From Auanema rhodensis (Eukaryota > Animalia > Nematoda): DNA of 64,000 nucleotides. Shown piece by piece: positions 38,445 through 53,739 of this stretch. The translations under genes were made by a program, and so were the position numbers. The stretch covers positions 15,314,001 to 15,378,000 of the forward strand of contig OZ059894.1 in the NCBI GenBank assembly GCA_964057225.1, read 5' to 3'. Each line of letters starts with the position of its first letter. Position 1 is the first letter of the stretch. The notes beneath the pieces were generated by a model. The model saw only the letters and a program-made list of their open reading frames with translations. It made no database searches and was not told the origin of the DNA.

Positions 38445-41400
38445 ATGTTACTTCCTCTCTTAATTGTCCATGTTCAAGTATTTTATGCACTACGGCAGAT
38501 GACCTTACATTCATTTCTTACAAAATCCGGAAGACTGTTTTCACTTCTATTTTAACAAAGTGATGAATTGAATGATGATGATGTTTACCTTTTATGTGAA
38601 GAGGTGTTCGTTCGACGGCGGCGTTGACGTTGACGGCTGATCATCGTATGATCTTTCTTCTCAATATGCCCCGTGGCTGGCTTCGAGGTCGGCAAGGTTC
38701 GAGGCTGAATCCTCAAAACGGTTGTAGTCTTCCAATTCCACAATTTCTCCAGTTTATTTTCGAATAAAGTAAGAGAAGACGGACGGAAGCCCTTGAAAAC
38801 GGGATTCTGTCTTTTTCAATGAACTTCTTGACAGTCAGTTCTTTATTGGCATTGTATAAGCTCATCGTCCACACGCGATTATTCACGATCTAGCTATGGC
38901 ATGATGTGAAAATGACTGTAGTTATGATTCGAAATTATTGAGAAGGACCAAGAATATTCAAGGACAGAAATTCCGAGATTAAGCATGTAATGTCTAGAAA
39001 TGTCATGAATATGAATAGCATTAAACTTGAAAATGTGTCAATCTATATAAATAAAAATAAATAAAATAAACCAATCATATATTCCCTATTTTCCAGATAT
39101 GCTACATTATTCAATGTATCCAGTCACAACTTAAACCTGCTATCAGAGTTCGATTGAACCGAGGAATATTTGAGCAAGCTTCATCCATAGTTGGTAAGAT
39201 TTAAAGTGAATCATCATTTTAACCAAAATGGCATTGATATGCAATCCGTTAGAACTATTAACTATATATTTGAAACAACCGATCAACTGATCTTTCAATT
39301 TTAAAATGATTATCAGCTTACACGTGAGATTTCACGTGGAGTATTTACATTTAAATAAAACAGCATTTAATACCATCAGTTCCAATGATCACTTCACACA
39401 TGTTGAATTTTAAAAAAATATGATCATGAATGAACTTTACAATAATGTATTGTTTCAGCGGGATTGGTAGAATACGAGGTTCCGAGAATACAAATTCCAA
39501 ACTCGCAACAATGCTTCACAGAAGGATGTGTTCAGGTATTACATACACGAATTCAACACAATATTTTCGAGAGAAAAATAATTCTTCTGCCATTTTTGCC
39601 TCATCTGGGCTACCTTAAGCATCTAACCAGTCTTGAAGATTCTGATGTTGTATTGAGAAGAAGTTAAAAACCTGTTCAATTCATTTTTTTTATTTTCAAA
39701 TGAGACATCAAGAATGAATTCCACTGATAATCTGTCAGCATAATTTAAAGTTGTTCTTTGAGCTCGAAACAGTATACGTCATGAAGTTGCGAATGTAGTT
39801 TTAACCTATTACAAGTCAGACGCATAAGGAAATAATCTAGAACATTCCTCGAAAAAATAAATTTCAAACTTCTGATGTGACGTCAAGGTTTTTTTTAATT
39901 CCAGATTCACTCATTCCATATGACGTCATTCCGATTGCCGCGTTCGATCTCATTCCAGCCTTCGCCACCTAATCAGTTTGCCCTTCGGGTAACTGATTTC
40001 GATTTCTTGTAAGTTCATAGAGAGCGGTCAGCACTAGAAATTTCTGACTACGTTAAAAAGATCAAGAGATAAATTAAAGGAGAATTAACAGAAAGATATG
40101 TTGCTGATTGCCAGGATTTATAGAACAGTCTAGGATATGAAAATCGTTGAAAAGGCATTTCGACTGAAATTTTAATTTTAACTCTAAAACAAAATTAAAT
40201 ATAATACTTTCTTTATTTTGTAATTAATATGTTGTGGGCCAATTTGAATGAAAATAAAAAACGTTCAAAAAGAGTCCATCGCTCTCCTTTAGCTCTTGTA
40301 TCCATAACATCCTTGACCCTGCAATGGAAATTCAAACGTCCTTTTTCTCGTTCTACACATTCCTCAGCGGCTAAGTCTTTCACAATAAGCGCATTGAACA
40401 TTCTAAGAAGCAGATTTTGAAGGTTCATAGGCAGAATATTATGCTATTCTCATTCAAATGTCAAGATTTTCATATGTATGTCTTTACATTTGACATCATT
40501 TTTGTATGTGGCAGAGTTGTGAAAAGCTAGATGGAGCAGAAAAAAATATATAGAATATATAATTCAAAGCACTTTTTCATTGTAGTGTGACAGGCCAACT
40601 AAGTGGAACTATTCAAGTTCTTCTTCAAATCCCTGTAGCAGGAAGTGTATATGTATCAGGTATGAATAACAAACAACTTTCATTTAACCATGTTATGCGA
40701 AATTAGGAAGAGGAATATCTGTAACAGCTTATTTGGATTTACAAAAAACATTCGGCGATGAACCATATCTTCGATTTTTATCTTGTGAACTTGACAGTGG
40801 TTTTGTCGATACACGAGTTGAGAATATGGGCATTTTTACGGAAACTGTTAATTCCAAATATAGAGTTAGTATATCAATAATTTTCAAATAATATCATCTT
40901 ACATTCATAGGGCACAATGTCTGAACAGTCTCGTTTGCAACTTGAACAAGCTATTTGTGCTAATATGAATCGTCTAGCCCAACAACATTTCTCAACTCGA
41001 TTATCCAGATTACCCAGTAAGCTATCGGCAAAAGATCTTGTGGAACTCCTGATCGCTGTAAGTGAAACTATTATCTTTTATTTTCATTTTCCTTCTTTTC
41101 AGGAAAATGGAAACGAAACTAAGCCAGAGCGAAGTACTCGTAAGCGATTATCGTATTTTCGCTTTAACCTATAAAATGTGGTTTTTCAGTTGTAAGCCGA
41201 AATCGTCGTGCAGCATCAGATGATTATTATGATGAAGTTGAGTCATCATCCGACTCTAATCACCATCAAACCACAACACCAAAGCAAGCATCGTTCTCAT
41301 CGCAAAGTTCAGGTAGTTCTAACATAGACCGAAAAAGAGTAGTTCCTTGCTTTAGGTGATTTAGGAGCTCTTACTATCAACAGAACTGATGTTAAAAACT

Positions 41401-42559
41401 TTTTCAATATGGTATTCTGCATATCCCCTTTTTTGATTTTTTCTTTTTTTTAGGAAAGACTATCTCATATTATGATTGATCTAACTCTTCTTGATGCTTA
41501 TTCAACTATGACAGAATTTACTGTAGGAATGGAAGGAGCAGTAACTTCAACAAAGACTCGTATGTGTTATTTTCTTGAAATGTTGGCAAAAGCTTAATAA
41601 ATTTTCAGCGGGGCTTCCACCTTTCAATCCACCATTCCCATTCAGACTGCCTGAAGTAGAGCAAATTCGCCAAGCTGAGATTGTTATATCAAATCATACT
41701 TTCAATAGTTTGTTATATCAAGCACACAGGTTGTAGAGTTATTTATATTTTTTGAAGTACATTCATCTATTGTTAGAACAAATTCTCTATTATTTCACGT
41801 TGATTCTAAGACACCAGTACTTGGAGGAACTCTAAAAACAACTTGTTCCTTAGATGAAGTATGCATTTCGGATCAAATTGAAGAGGTATTTTTCAGATTA
41901 ACTCATAAAACGTTTATAATCTTTGTGATTTCGTAGATAGGGCAGAAGTATCCAGGACGCAGTTTTGAACTAATAGTACGAACAACTAAGGCACCGACTG
42001 TAAGAATTGAAAAAGGTAATCTATCTTTAAGTAATTCGATAGTTAATTGTTCTATCTATTTTTAGATAATATCTATCTTGATATGTCTGGAAGATGTCTC
42101 TTCTTTTTAGAAGGGACCAGACAAAAAGTTGCAGTCTTACCTTTTGAAACTCTGGCTAGAATCCAAATGCAGACAGAGAATTCAGTTGTGAGAGGTCGGC
42201 TTTAAGGGAATATAACTTCAACATGTGATAACATGGTATTTCAGGACAGATGAAGATTCTTCGTTTGACGTTCTTGAATTCCTTAGACTTTTTCGGACTA
42301 AGCGTATCAGATTTGGAAGGTTTTCGTTCAACATTACAAACTGCCCTTGAGAATCTGATGAATAAGTTTATGGCTCGTGGAATATCATTAAATACAAAGA
42401 GTTTAAAGTAATCTACATGAAATAAATAGAAAAACTAAAAATTAAATTTTCAGAATTCCTCTCAAGTTTTCATCAGCTCATCTCTCACTTGAGCGAGATG
42501 TTATGATTCTTCAAGCAAATGTGGATTTATTTAATTCATTATATGCAACACAGGGTTAA
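38445..42559 (+). CDS. Secreted BPI/LBP/CETP (TULIP) family lipid-binding protein, multi-exon
   Basis: Signal peptide MLLPLLIVHVQ|ICYIIQCIQS, then PAIRVRLNRGIFEQASSIV, EYEVPRIQIPNSQQCFTEGCVQ, FALRVTDFDF, LSCELDSG, LEQAICANMN, EIVISNHTFNSLLYQAH, LKTTCSLDEVCISD and SAHLSLERDVMILQANVD. The first exon is less certain. Confidence 0.85.
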
Positions 42560-43071
42560 GTATATTGCAAAAGAAATTTTGTTACCATTTTCTCATCAAA
42601 ATTCGTTACATGAAAAGATTAAGCATATCTGATATTCTCTCAATCTTAATAAGTTCTCTTGGTATTCTAATCCAGCTCTGTTAAAAAGAAAGAGAGAAGT
42701 CTTTCGGATAGCTTTAGATATCGTTATATCAGAGTCATTTTCTGAATTCGGGTAATAATCATTGTAGTTCTCCACCTTTTCTTTCTTCTTTTCAAAATTA
42801 TTATTTTTTGTTTTTTTTTATTTTATTTATAAAGCTAGTATTAGAATCAGTTTATCTTTTATTAAATACTACAGAAATGTTTTTATATTTTGTCGTCAGT
42901 TGTGTATAATTTTCATTTGATAATCGTCAGAATAAATAAAATCTTCATATATATATATAGTTAGTTAATCTATAAAAAATATATTTTTGTACAAAATCTC
43001 TGAAAATATAGATTGAATATTGAAATACAACATGAAAATATATAAATATATTTATGTAATTATTAGCAACT

Positions 43072-46000
43072 TCAATTATGAATCAGAAGATGCTTAGCCA
43101 GACAATCACATCGCTTTTCTCCTTCACCAAATGTAAATGTCATTGGACCACGTCGTCTTCCAGCTGTAGCATGAGACGTCATAGTTGAATTACCGTATAC
43201 CTTGAAAGTATTCTTGACGAAATTATATGATGTTTAAGTTAATCGAATCATCAGGATGCTATTAACTATATGAAGGACACACATATTTCATATTAAAAGT
43301 TCATAATAAGATATATAATAAGATCGAATTATAGCACCACATTTCTCTGAAAGTCAAAACTGTTTTTAAGCTGTTTTAAGAAATAGTAATGAGAAGTATA
43401 CAGAGAAAGTATTCAAATTTTGTAAAAAAAAGACTTCAAACATCAAGCGTGCAATGTCCAATGTTCGACGAACATGTACTTGATTTTTAAACCTTTTTTG
43501 TTCCGATCATTGAAACATCGCGGATCGATCAAACAGATTTTTTTTGAATTCAATGAAAAAGAGAAAGTTATGACTATTAGAGTAAACATATACATACATA
43601 TACTCTTCATATCACGCTGGTAAAATTGGAAAGGTTCAGTTTAAAAAGTTAAAAAACCTACTCGGCTCATACGTTGAACTTTCTCATTTAATGGAATTGC
43701 TCTAGCTTGACGAAGTCGCGTTTCGAAATGAGAATGCTTCTCTGTTTGTGATTTCTGCGTATTACGAGCATTACTTAATCGTTGACGTTCTTCCAAATAA
43801 ATAGACTTCAATCGGTCTGAAAGCGCATCTGAAAGTCGGGCTGTGAGATTGGGAGTGCATGTGAGTTGAAGCATTGAAACTCCAGCTTAAGCAAAACATC
43901 ATAACGATGTAAAAGCTGATGGAAAGCTGTTAACATTGCCAGTTTCTGCCAATTAAAAACTGTATTTTAGCAGTTTATCTAGGCTCTCTGAATGAAATGT
44001 TTTTTTTTGCAGTTTTGTGCTATATTGTGAGACTTCTGAGCTAAATGCTTGAAACTGAAACGACACACAACTCAAAATGAACACAACAAAAGGTTAACAT
44101 TACAGAGGATTTCACAAACAGTTGGTGAATATAACAGACAGTGGCATATATTAACAACCAAAGCAGCTAAGCTAGTTATCACTTACCGTATAAGAACTTT
44201 TCCCAAGCATAGAATGTATGAAATTTAAAATTAACAGGATCAAGCCCATGCATTTTACAGAAATTCGCAACTAAAGATCGAACCAAAATTTTTTCTTGAA
44301 CCTTAAAATATTCAAAATTTAAATAGTAAATATTAAAAATAAAGTACTTTTCCATATTGGATTTGCATTCGTTTCAAATGAGTTAATTCTTGGAAGATGG
44401 ATTTCTCATGAATATAACGACGAGCAGCATCTTTGCCTTCAAATAATTAAATAAATATTTAAGCAAATTTGTTATTAAAAGGTGCAACCGATTAAAATGA
44501 ATAAGAAAAGAATAAATAAAACTTCACGTGAATTCACGTAAAATCTAACCTGTAGGACGGTCGTGGTGTTGTATTCCTTCCCAATCATCTTCGTAAATTT
44601 CCATTTCTTCTTCTTCCGTAGGATCTTCAGCTGTTTCTCGTCTGATAAGCATCATTGGTTTTGACTAAATAAATGAAGATACAGAAGTTGTAGAAAAAAA
44701 TATAAAAGCTTCTAACTTCATGATAGATGGGAACCAACATCGTTTCACAATAATGTTATTTTTGGAAGCAACAACTTTTAAGTACACCCACCTTGCTCTT
44801 GGTAGACTTCTCTTCACGCTCTTTCCCGGAAACATTATGTTTTTTCCTCGTTTTTGCTCCAGAAACTAATCGAAGATTCTTCCGTCTCTCCGGAGCGTTC
44901 CCGGTCTGCAATTATTATGAGATGCAGAAACGAAACTAATGATAAGTAATCAATACCTTAGCCCGAGGCTCACTCTTACTTCTCTGTTGTATACTTGGCT
45001 TTTGAGGACTTCGGTTTTCTTTAGCTGTCTCTTCATAAGCAGGTTCCATATCTTCTAGATCACTTGAATCAGATATACCAGGCAAATCCTTAAAAAAATT
45101 ATTAAAATAGTGTTATGCTTATGTGAATATACCGTAAAATCTGCAGAACTTGGACTTTTTATTTTTGAAGAATCTGCTTCTGTTGTAACATGTTTTTGAA
45201 CTCGTTTTCCTTCTGGTAACTTTCCGAATTGGAAACTCTTAAAGCATTAGAAACGTCAGAATAAGTAAGAAATTAGAGCTTAACCTTAATATTAGCAAGT
45301 TCCTTTGCTAGTTCCTTAGCGAAATGCACTGTAGTATCTTGAGTATTAACAGCTTGTAAATCAGTTGTTGACGTAGATTTTCCTTCCGGAGTTCGAGCAT
45401 CTGCGGAAGATACTCGTCTACCCTTCAAAGAATTAATTTAAGTTAGAAGATAATCTGAAAAACATACGGTAGTGTTAACAGCAGCATGAACATAATGACG
45501 ATTTTCTTCCCCTACATCTGAACTTCGACGACGATGCACACGTCCTCTTCGTTTACTTGAAGCCATATCAGTAACACTTTCTTCTCTTTCCAAATGTCTA
45601 CCAACCCGTAATTTTCCTACAATATTGTGAAAGACGAAATAAGAATTTTGCTCCAGAATTTAAACAATACCTTGTTCAATCTTTTCTTCGTACATTGATT
45701 TACATTGAAGTTTAGTTTCGTCATCCATGCTTTCCGACCGAGAAGCATTACATCTCATTCGCAGATATTCAACTATAACTTGATGATCTTTCCGCATAGC
45801 AAGATCTAAAGGTGTATACAATGTACCCTGAAATCCATTTCATTTTTTTTGCTTTCAAACGACAATCTGTTTAACCTTGAAAAGCATAAGAGGATTTACA
45901 AAACACCCGCGAGTGCATAAGAATACGACCATTTCAATATTTCCTGTGGCAGCGGCCAGATGAAGACACGTACGTCCTTCATGATTCTGTGTGTCAATAG

Positions 46001-47412
46001 ATGCAGGATTGAGAGCCAGGAACCATTCAACAAGATCTTCATAATGAGCAATATGTGACAGCAATTGTTGACATGCTAACCTTTTCCTCCGGCTTGCACA
46101 GCTTCATGAACAGGTAGGTCTCCTCGATAATTTTGAATTTGAAATGAGCCAGAATATTGCCTTAATAGCTTCAGCATACGAAGCTGGCCTTTTGCAGCTG
46201 CACAATGAGATGGAGTTCGAAGACGATTATCCTTCAAATACGATAAATTTACATTTTCATTTCAAACACTCACTTGATGATTTGGATTTGCTCCAAATGC
46301 TAAAAGTTTTTTGGTTGCTTCATAATGGCCAAATGTAACTGCATAGAATAAGGGAGTATGACCTGAGCGATCACGTAAATCAACATATGTTCTTGGACTA
46401 CATTCCATATAAAAGTCAACAATCTATATTGAATACGAAATAAAAAGAAAACATTTGAAATAGGTATACGTCATGAAATCCATGGCTTGCTGCACAATGT
46501 AAAACCGATAATTTATCCCGATCTACGACATGAATATCGCCACCAGCTTGCTTCAATGATTGAATTGCTTCTATATTTCCTGAATAAAAAAAACTTAGTG
46601 AATAGAAGTGTGTTGAAATATAAAAAACCATTGCTAGCGCTCCATAAAATGGGTGTTCGTTGGTCTATATCGACAGCATTTGGATTAGCTCCCGCTCTGA
46701 GAAGAATATGAAGGATTGATAATGACAATTCATGTGGTATATCTTCAGAAACAGTTGCATAATGTAATGGCGTTGAGTTCTATAAATTATTTTTCAAAAA
46801 CAAATATCAAATCTAATAAGTTTTATACTAGATGATCAGGTACAGATACACTTGCTCTTTTCTTAATTATATATACTAATGCTTCCAGTTGGCCACAGAC
46901 AACTGCCCAATGAACAGCTGAATGTCCATCTCTGTTGAAGAAAATTATTGACTAATGAAGTAAAATATCCTATTCCTACTTATCTACATGATTTAAGTTG
47001 GCTCCGTGTTCTAATAGAAATTGTATAGCATCTACTCGACCTGCCATTACAGCTAATAATAGTGGTGTATGACTGAAACAATAGAAAGAAAAGTAAATAT
47101 ATTCTCTTTTTAACGAGCAAAAAAAATATTTTAAAAGAAGAAAACGAACCCAGCTCTATCCTGGCTATCTACTAACGTTGAATCTTGATCATAAATTTGT
47201 TCTATTGTTGATAAATCCATTGTTTCTACGGCATAATGAAGAGCTACTCGATCATCGGGATCTTTCATTGATACCTCACTCTATTAGAAAAAAGAAAAAA
47301 CTTAAAGCTTAAAACTTATTAAAGAATAACATACGGGCATAGCTTGCAAAATGGTGTTTGCTTGCTCTAAATCTTGCTGATCCAGAGCCCTAATGAGAGA
47401 GAGTCCCGACAT
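43072..47412 (-). CDS. Ankyrin-repeat protein (inversin/NPHP2-like) with a long low-complexity middle and a conserved C-terminal region
   Basis: About 10 ankyrin repeats (RVALHYAV, HTPLLLAVMAG, GHSAVHWAVVCG, STPLHYA, RTPILWSASNG, LSVLHCAASHG, RTPSHCAAAKG, DLPVHEAVQAG, GRTCLHLAAATG, YTPLDLA). The C-terminus contains SIFQELTHLKRMQIQYGK and ends KRCDCLAKHLLIHN*. Confidence 0.88.
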
Positions 47413-48599
47413 TGTCGTCTCTAAACAAAAGAAATAAATAAATCAGAGAGCATATACATAGATATAATTTAAAAAACAAATAAAACAAGTTTTACATATA
47501 TAATATTGAATAATTTTAAGTTTTTAGAATCAAATTACGGTGTAATATACATATTATAACTTTTGACCAGTTTTTGAAATAATATACAAAGAGGTAAAGC
47601 ATGACGACCATGAATGTGTATCGAGAGAGGAGAGAGCGAGAGAATATCTAAAGAAAGAGGTAACAGAACAGCAGAGGCATTTGGCTTGTTGCCCGTAGCA
47701 ACTGAGAGAATAAACGAATGTTCTAAATCTGACTAAACCATTATTGTTTGTATAAAGTATGCCACTCAATTGTACATTATGCTTATCGTGTAAAATCAAA
47801 AAAAAAACCATTTTCATAATTAGAATAAGATTTTTCAGCTTTTTTTTTATTGTAACCATGTGCTTGCCATCTAGCAGGAAGCACAAACAAATAGTTTCTA
47901 AGTAAGCTCTGTTGTTATATATTTTTTTCATAAAATGTCAATCAATGTAAGTCGCAAAGAGATGAGAGAGGGAAGGGAAGCAAGATGTTTTAAGCTGATT
48001 TATTCCATAGGAATTCATAAATTATGGACATATTGCGTGATAAAAGTGGTAATCATCACAAACTTTATTAAAGATAGATGTTATGGCTATCTAAACATTT
48101 TATAATATTTCAATAATATACCACAAAACCACCTTTTTTTCGATGTAAATGTTAGCTGTACACATTTCGATAAGTTATCTATACTAAGTGAGAAATTAAT
48201 AGTATAATCAAACCAGAAATGATATGTAATTATGGAACTGGAATAAAGTTGACAACTAACTTGTGAACAACTTCACCGGAAACGTGCTCGTTGAGCATTG
48301 GAATGTTGAAAGCAGTCCGTCCCGAAGAAACGAAACATATATAAATGAATTATATAATATGAAAAGTATATAAATATATTTATTATTATCATAAATATTA
48401 TATATATATATATATATATATAATCATTAATGATTTCCTCAGTTTTGTTTATACCCCATTAGCATAACTTATATGAATGATTTCACTTACATAATATTTC
48501 ATTTATTAAAATAAATACAAGAGAACAGGTTGTATGAAGTAAATAAATTATTTATTTGTATTTATCTTCAAAATTTTATATTTTTAGTATGCAGCATGA

Positions 48600-49379
48600 T
48601 TATACACAAGAAAATATATACGACAATATCGAAATTAATGAACACGTGAAAGAAATATTAAAGATGTTAGCTGAATTACATAGATGTCCTTTACAACAAC
48701 ATACATTGTACACTTCATCATGATGTGAACGTTCAGTACATCCTTCACTCTAAAAATAATTAAAAAATGATTATTTTATTATATTCTATAAAGATGTAAT
48801 ACGTCATTGATAGACCAGATCAAAATTACAAAAAAGATCTAATCTATAAATTATTTAACCGTATGTTTTATGGCTTTTTAAATTGAACTGTTTTTGATTT
48901 CAAATGTTAAAACTAAAAATTGTTTGAAATACGATGATCTTACCGCACATTCAAAACCATTGAAGATTGCTGGATATGATATATGATTACAACCTTTTAC
49001 CATACCATGAGTTGGACCTTTGATAGATACTACAATGTATCAACAAATTTATAAATTATATAATAATTTTGAAATTACAATAATTTGCTGTGATTTTCTG
49101 ACAATATTCAGTCTCAACACATTCAGCTGTTGTAGATGGAACATTATATGGTTTACCAATAAATTCACCTAAATATTGTTTTAATTGGAGAATAATTTGA
49201 AAATATGCTTTTAGTAAACCTTGAACTGCTACATAGCATTCTACAGAATCATCATCGTTATACGAATTCATAGAACTTTTTGTATCCGGCGAACTTGAAT
49301 TTCTTAGTTCATCCGTTGGGATTGTAAAGCATGACGCTCGAAAAATGAATAAAATAAGCAAAATCAGTTTGCCGCTCAT
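48600..49379 (-). CDS. Ly6/uPAR (three-finger) domain protein, predicted GPI-anchored
   Basis: Signal peptide, then VECYVAVQG..ECVETEYCQKITANY..MVKGCNH..FECA|SEGCTERSHHDEVYNVCCCKGHLCN, followed by the hydrophobic tail SANIFNISFTCSLISILSYIFSCV*. Confidence 0.85.
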
Positions 49380-49653
49380 TAGCTCACAAATTGACCAGAC
49401 GGAGCCAAATGAATCAAGTTTTCTGATCAGCTGAAGAAATCAAGTAGCACTCATCAATTAGCTATATGAACGGGTAAATCACATAAAATGAAAGACATAA
49501 AAAGATTGTAAAATCTTGAGAAACCACAAAGATAACAGAAAAATTCAATATTTTTCTTCATAGTCTAGATATCATGTTCTCTTAATAAGTTTAGTTCGGT
49601 ATGTACTTCTGTGCTATATACAATAACGAGGAGATGTTTATTTATATAACAAG

Positions 49654-52600
49654 TTATAACTGATATGCATTTTCGATGTGATTTCGGAAATTTTCATCGC
49701 AATTCAATTGAATTTCACCCAGCTGAAACAAATATATTATGTGTTTCATATAGTATATGGATACCGAATCTGTTATTGTGGGCATTGTATTGTCAGTATC
49801 GACTATCCCTTCTTCAGCCTTAAGAAGAATGGTTAAATTTTATAAAAAAAAATAAGAAAAAAATATAATAATGTACCAAACAAGCATAGCAATCTCCACC
49901 CGTTTCTTCAATGCAATATTTACAAAATGTGGCTGGGCAATCAACACAATATCGTAACTGAGCTGGTTTCATGTATATCTGAATAATACATTATTATATA
50001 AGATATGCTTATACACTATTACTTCACACATAATGCATTGCCCTGTTCGAAATATTCTATCTAAGACTTGAAGCTTAAACCACGATCTAGGCGAAAGCCA
50101 ACTCCTGAAAAATAAATATTACATTACTGCTTTTTCGTGTTTATTTCAGCATACTTGTCGCTTCGTGAAGCATTGATCTTCCATCGTGTAACTGTGAATC
50201 TTATTCGTGATCGTGCTTCAGACCGAGATGTGGTACGGAGAAAAAGAATCTCAAAATCAGATTTTCACTAACAGTAATGAATAATATGAGATATGTGAAA
50301 AGGTACCTTATTATAAAAATAAATAAGACGAACACGATCACGTAATGGAAACATAAACGGCAGAAAATAATTTATGATAATTCTTTTTATCACGAAAGAG
50401 AAAATGACCTTTAAGCAAACATGTTGTTTTTAACAAAAAAAAATTTTCTCTTACTTGCATAACCAAAGATATGAAAAGTGGTATAAGTAGCCATTTGATT
50501 CGATCACCCAAGTTTGGTTGTTGAGGTAAAGTCAAGCAATGCTCATTGTTAACCTGAATACTAATTTTGCAAGATGATCGATAATATTTTACAGTTTCAT
50601 ACATGATCAACTTCAATTGTTCTGTTTATGTTGACCATCTTATTCAAAAATTCTGCAACAACTCCTTCTCCTAGTACTTGAAGTTGAGCTGTTTCTTCAG
50701 TTTCTTTAATTGTTTGGGATGATGTTACAATCTTGAATTAATTTTTAAAATAACCTTAAAGAATATGCTCAAATGAATGTGTACCTTATGTAAGAAACTA
50801 TAAAGATAATGATCAATTGCTATAACAAAAACAATAATTAAAGTTAGTATAATCCAGCGGTAAAATGGATGTTTAGCTTTCTCTATTTCACTGCTTGTTG
50901 GCCATCTGACAATAATATCTTTCTATTACGTATATAATCAAAATCTAACCCGAAAACATGTAAAAGTTTCCATTTTTGCATTTCCATATGGTTTATATGA
51001 ATTAAAGCTAATTCGCCATTTAATTGACGATCCTTATCTATTTCCCAGAAACTCCTGAAAGCCAATCGTCCTGAGCAACAATGTCAAATAGAAATTTTAA
51101 TGTAACTATAACTGTAACTAACTTTGACAGATACTGATTTTGAAACTCAATATCCGTATTATAATTATGAATCATGGTTACAACATCACGAAATATACGA
51201 TAAATAAAGAATATAAGTAATCCTTGTACAAATTGTTTCAAAGACATTAACATAGCCTATAACATATAATTAATATAATTAATAGTATAATAGTTATATA
51301 TTACCTTTGCATGTGATGCTGTATATCGAACCATTAATGAAATTTCTCCGATACTATAAATGAATTCAAACCTAGGATTCTCAACTCCAATCATATGAAT
51401 CTGAAAATTTTCTTCTTTATTTTTGCAAATATTTTTTACGAAAAAAAACTTATGAAAGATTGGTTAGAAAGAGATACAAATCATATTCATAATGTGATGT
51501 ATAATATAATATACATAATTCAATAATATAATATATTAAGAACAGAAAACGTTACATTTACTGCAGCTTCTCTATCCAATTCTTTTGTTAGATTTGCTAC
51601 TTCTAGTATTTCTAATTCCACAGAGGATCCTACGTTAGATTGTTCTAAATGATTCTGACATAAACTAAATGATTTTCTTCTTCTATCTATATCCTATAAA
51701 TTAAAATGTATAACATAGAAGTTTTTTTTTCTAATTTTACTTCACAAGCCGATTCCATATTTAGTTTGTTACATACAAGGTAGTTGAGTACAAAAGGCAA
51801 ACTTCCATAGCATTTATTCTGCAATTATTTATTTTTTGAATATTATTCTAATAAAATATATATTTTTTGAAATAAACTATTATTCTATTAAATTACTTGT
51901 ATACTTATAAAAACATCTCGACATGCTTCAACCCCTTTCACGAATATATCATTGCATTTCTGAGACATACGATGAGCTATTTTTCTTCCTATCTTAAAAA
52001 ATAATAATAACTTCAAATTTTAATGCTCCTTAGAAAGCAGTATCACTTCTGTTTTGAAGCGCGACCAGGCAGGCTTTGAGTTGGTTATATTAGCCATTTC
52101 ATCTTCTTTCATTTTTCTTATTTCATCGCTACTAGCTACACCCAAAGATCGTCTTTGTGCTAATATCTTCAAACAATAATTTATTATTTTTATAATTATC
52201 TTATTATTATAAGATAACCTGTAATTGTTTATCCGTTTCATCAAGAACTTTATCTTCTTTTGTATAATTTGGAGTTAATTCACTCATAAATGGAGCTATC
52301 AATTTTCTAACAAACGATGTTGCCTTCTTCAAAACTTTAAGGCCTCTATCTACAATTTGTTATATTATTATCTACACAATTAATATTAATATTTTAACAT
52401 ATTTTTTCAAAAATGTAAAAAAAAAAGATTTTGCTAACTTAGTTGAGTTTCTAGAACAACTTCCAATGGTCCGGTAAACATGGACACTCGATTTGAAATA
52501 ATCTTAAAGCATTGTTATAACTGAAACACAATACCATATTGAGAAACCTTTGCTTGCAAATCAAGATGGCAAACAATAATTTCAGCTGTTAAACGATAAT

Positions 52601-53328
52601 TTGAGACAATATTCTCTATAGGCCCTTCTCGTAAATTATCAAAAAGCATCATTGTAAGGGGAGCTAAATTTGAAAACTAGAAAATGCTTAAACATTATTA
52701 TATGCAACCTTGCCCATTTTTTCCTAAAGATCCCAGTAATACACAAAACAGAGCACATCGAAAGATCTACAAATGTTTGAAATGTAATTACTTTTTGCTG
52801 TCACTTTGCAATTAAAAAAAACATTTGCTACGGCTATTTAGTAATAAGAGTTGTATTAAACTTACCGCACTTGCTGAAAAAGCAAAAACAATCATTAGTA
52901 TCATAATCCATTTGAATAAAATTCGATAAACTGGATGAAAATCAGCAAAATTTAAGCGTTTCCATCCCATGTAGTAGATACATGAACAAACGATTAAGCC
53001 TATGAAGCCATTGACGATGATTCTCAATTTCTTGTAATCTGTGACTTCACTATAAAATAAAAATTAATTTATTTTTTACGTCTTGAAATGATCAAAAACA
53101 CGAAAAAATAATAGTAACAAGGGATAAAAAGGAATAGTAGACCATGATGAATTGTCAATGTGAAGATCAAGTTATTCATCTATTTCTTCACATTGCATGC
53201 AAACATCTCTGCAGTTCATACTTGCTCATCACTAACCTTCTTAGAAAATAATCCTCAAGAAATCCAACTTTTGTTTTTTTTCTTAATCTATCACGTCGTT
53301 CATCCACAAAGATACCACGAAATCTCAT
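49654..53328 (-). CDS. DC-STAMP-domain / C4C4 RING sperm membrane protein (SPE-42/SPE-49; DCST1/2, Sneaky family)
   Basis: MRFRGIFVDERRDRLRKKTKVGFLEDYFLRS|EVTDYKKLRIIVNG..., then FRCALFCVL, GPIENIVSNY, CNDIFVKGVEACRDVF, NYNTDIEFQNQYL, IAIDHYLY, NNEHCLTLPQQP, FMFPLRDRVRLIYFYNK. The C-terminal CIMCE-IYMKPAQLRYCVDCPATFCKYCIEETGGDCYACL is an 8-Cys RING. Confidence 0.88.
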
Positions 53329-53588
53329 GATTACTTAAGCCAACAAGCTTTCAAACCAAATGACGCTTCACGTTTATTCCACGTTTTACGGATTCCCAAG
53401 CTCATTAGCATAATATATAATATATACTTATATACATACATATACATAAATATATAATTTTGAACTCATTTTATAAAACAATAATGATTTTATATTTTTA
53501 TTTTTGAAAATAATAATAATAATAATAATAAATAGATGTATATATTTCTAGCTATTTTTTAGGTGAGGAAATTTAAAACTCAATTGTG
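52563..53588. repeat. Left arm of a 1026-bp inverted duplication (promoter plus exons 1 to part of 4 of the DC-STAMP gene)
   Basis: Reverse complement of 55778-56803. Paired coordinates sum to 109366 throughout (ORFs 52812-53027 and 56339-56554 are identical). No mismatch was seen in the blocks compared by eye. Confidence 0.95.
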
Positions 53589-53739
53589 GCAGATGTTTAG
53601 CCATTTAAGGGCATTTTTGAAGTAAAAACATGTCTTTTCTCACCAATTCGAAAGTTATAATATTCCTAATGATAATAGAGAATTTTCTTGGAAACTTGGA
53701 ACAAACTTCAGGAGAAACATGAGCAGATCCTAACAAACT

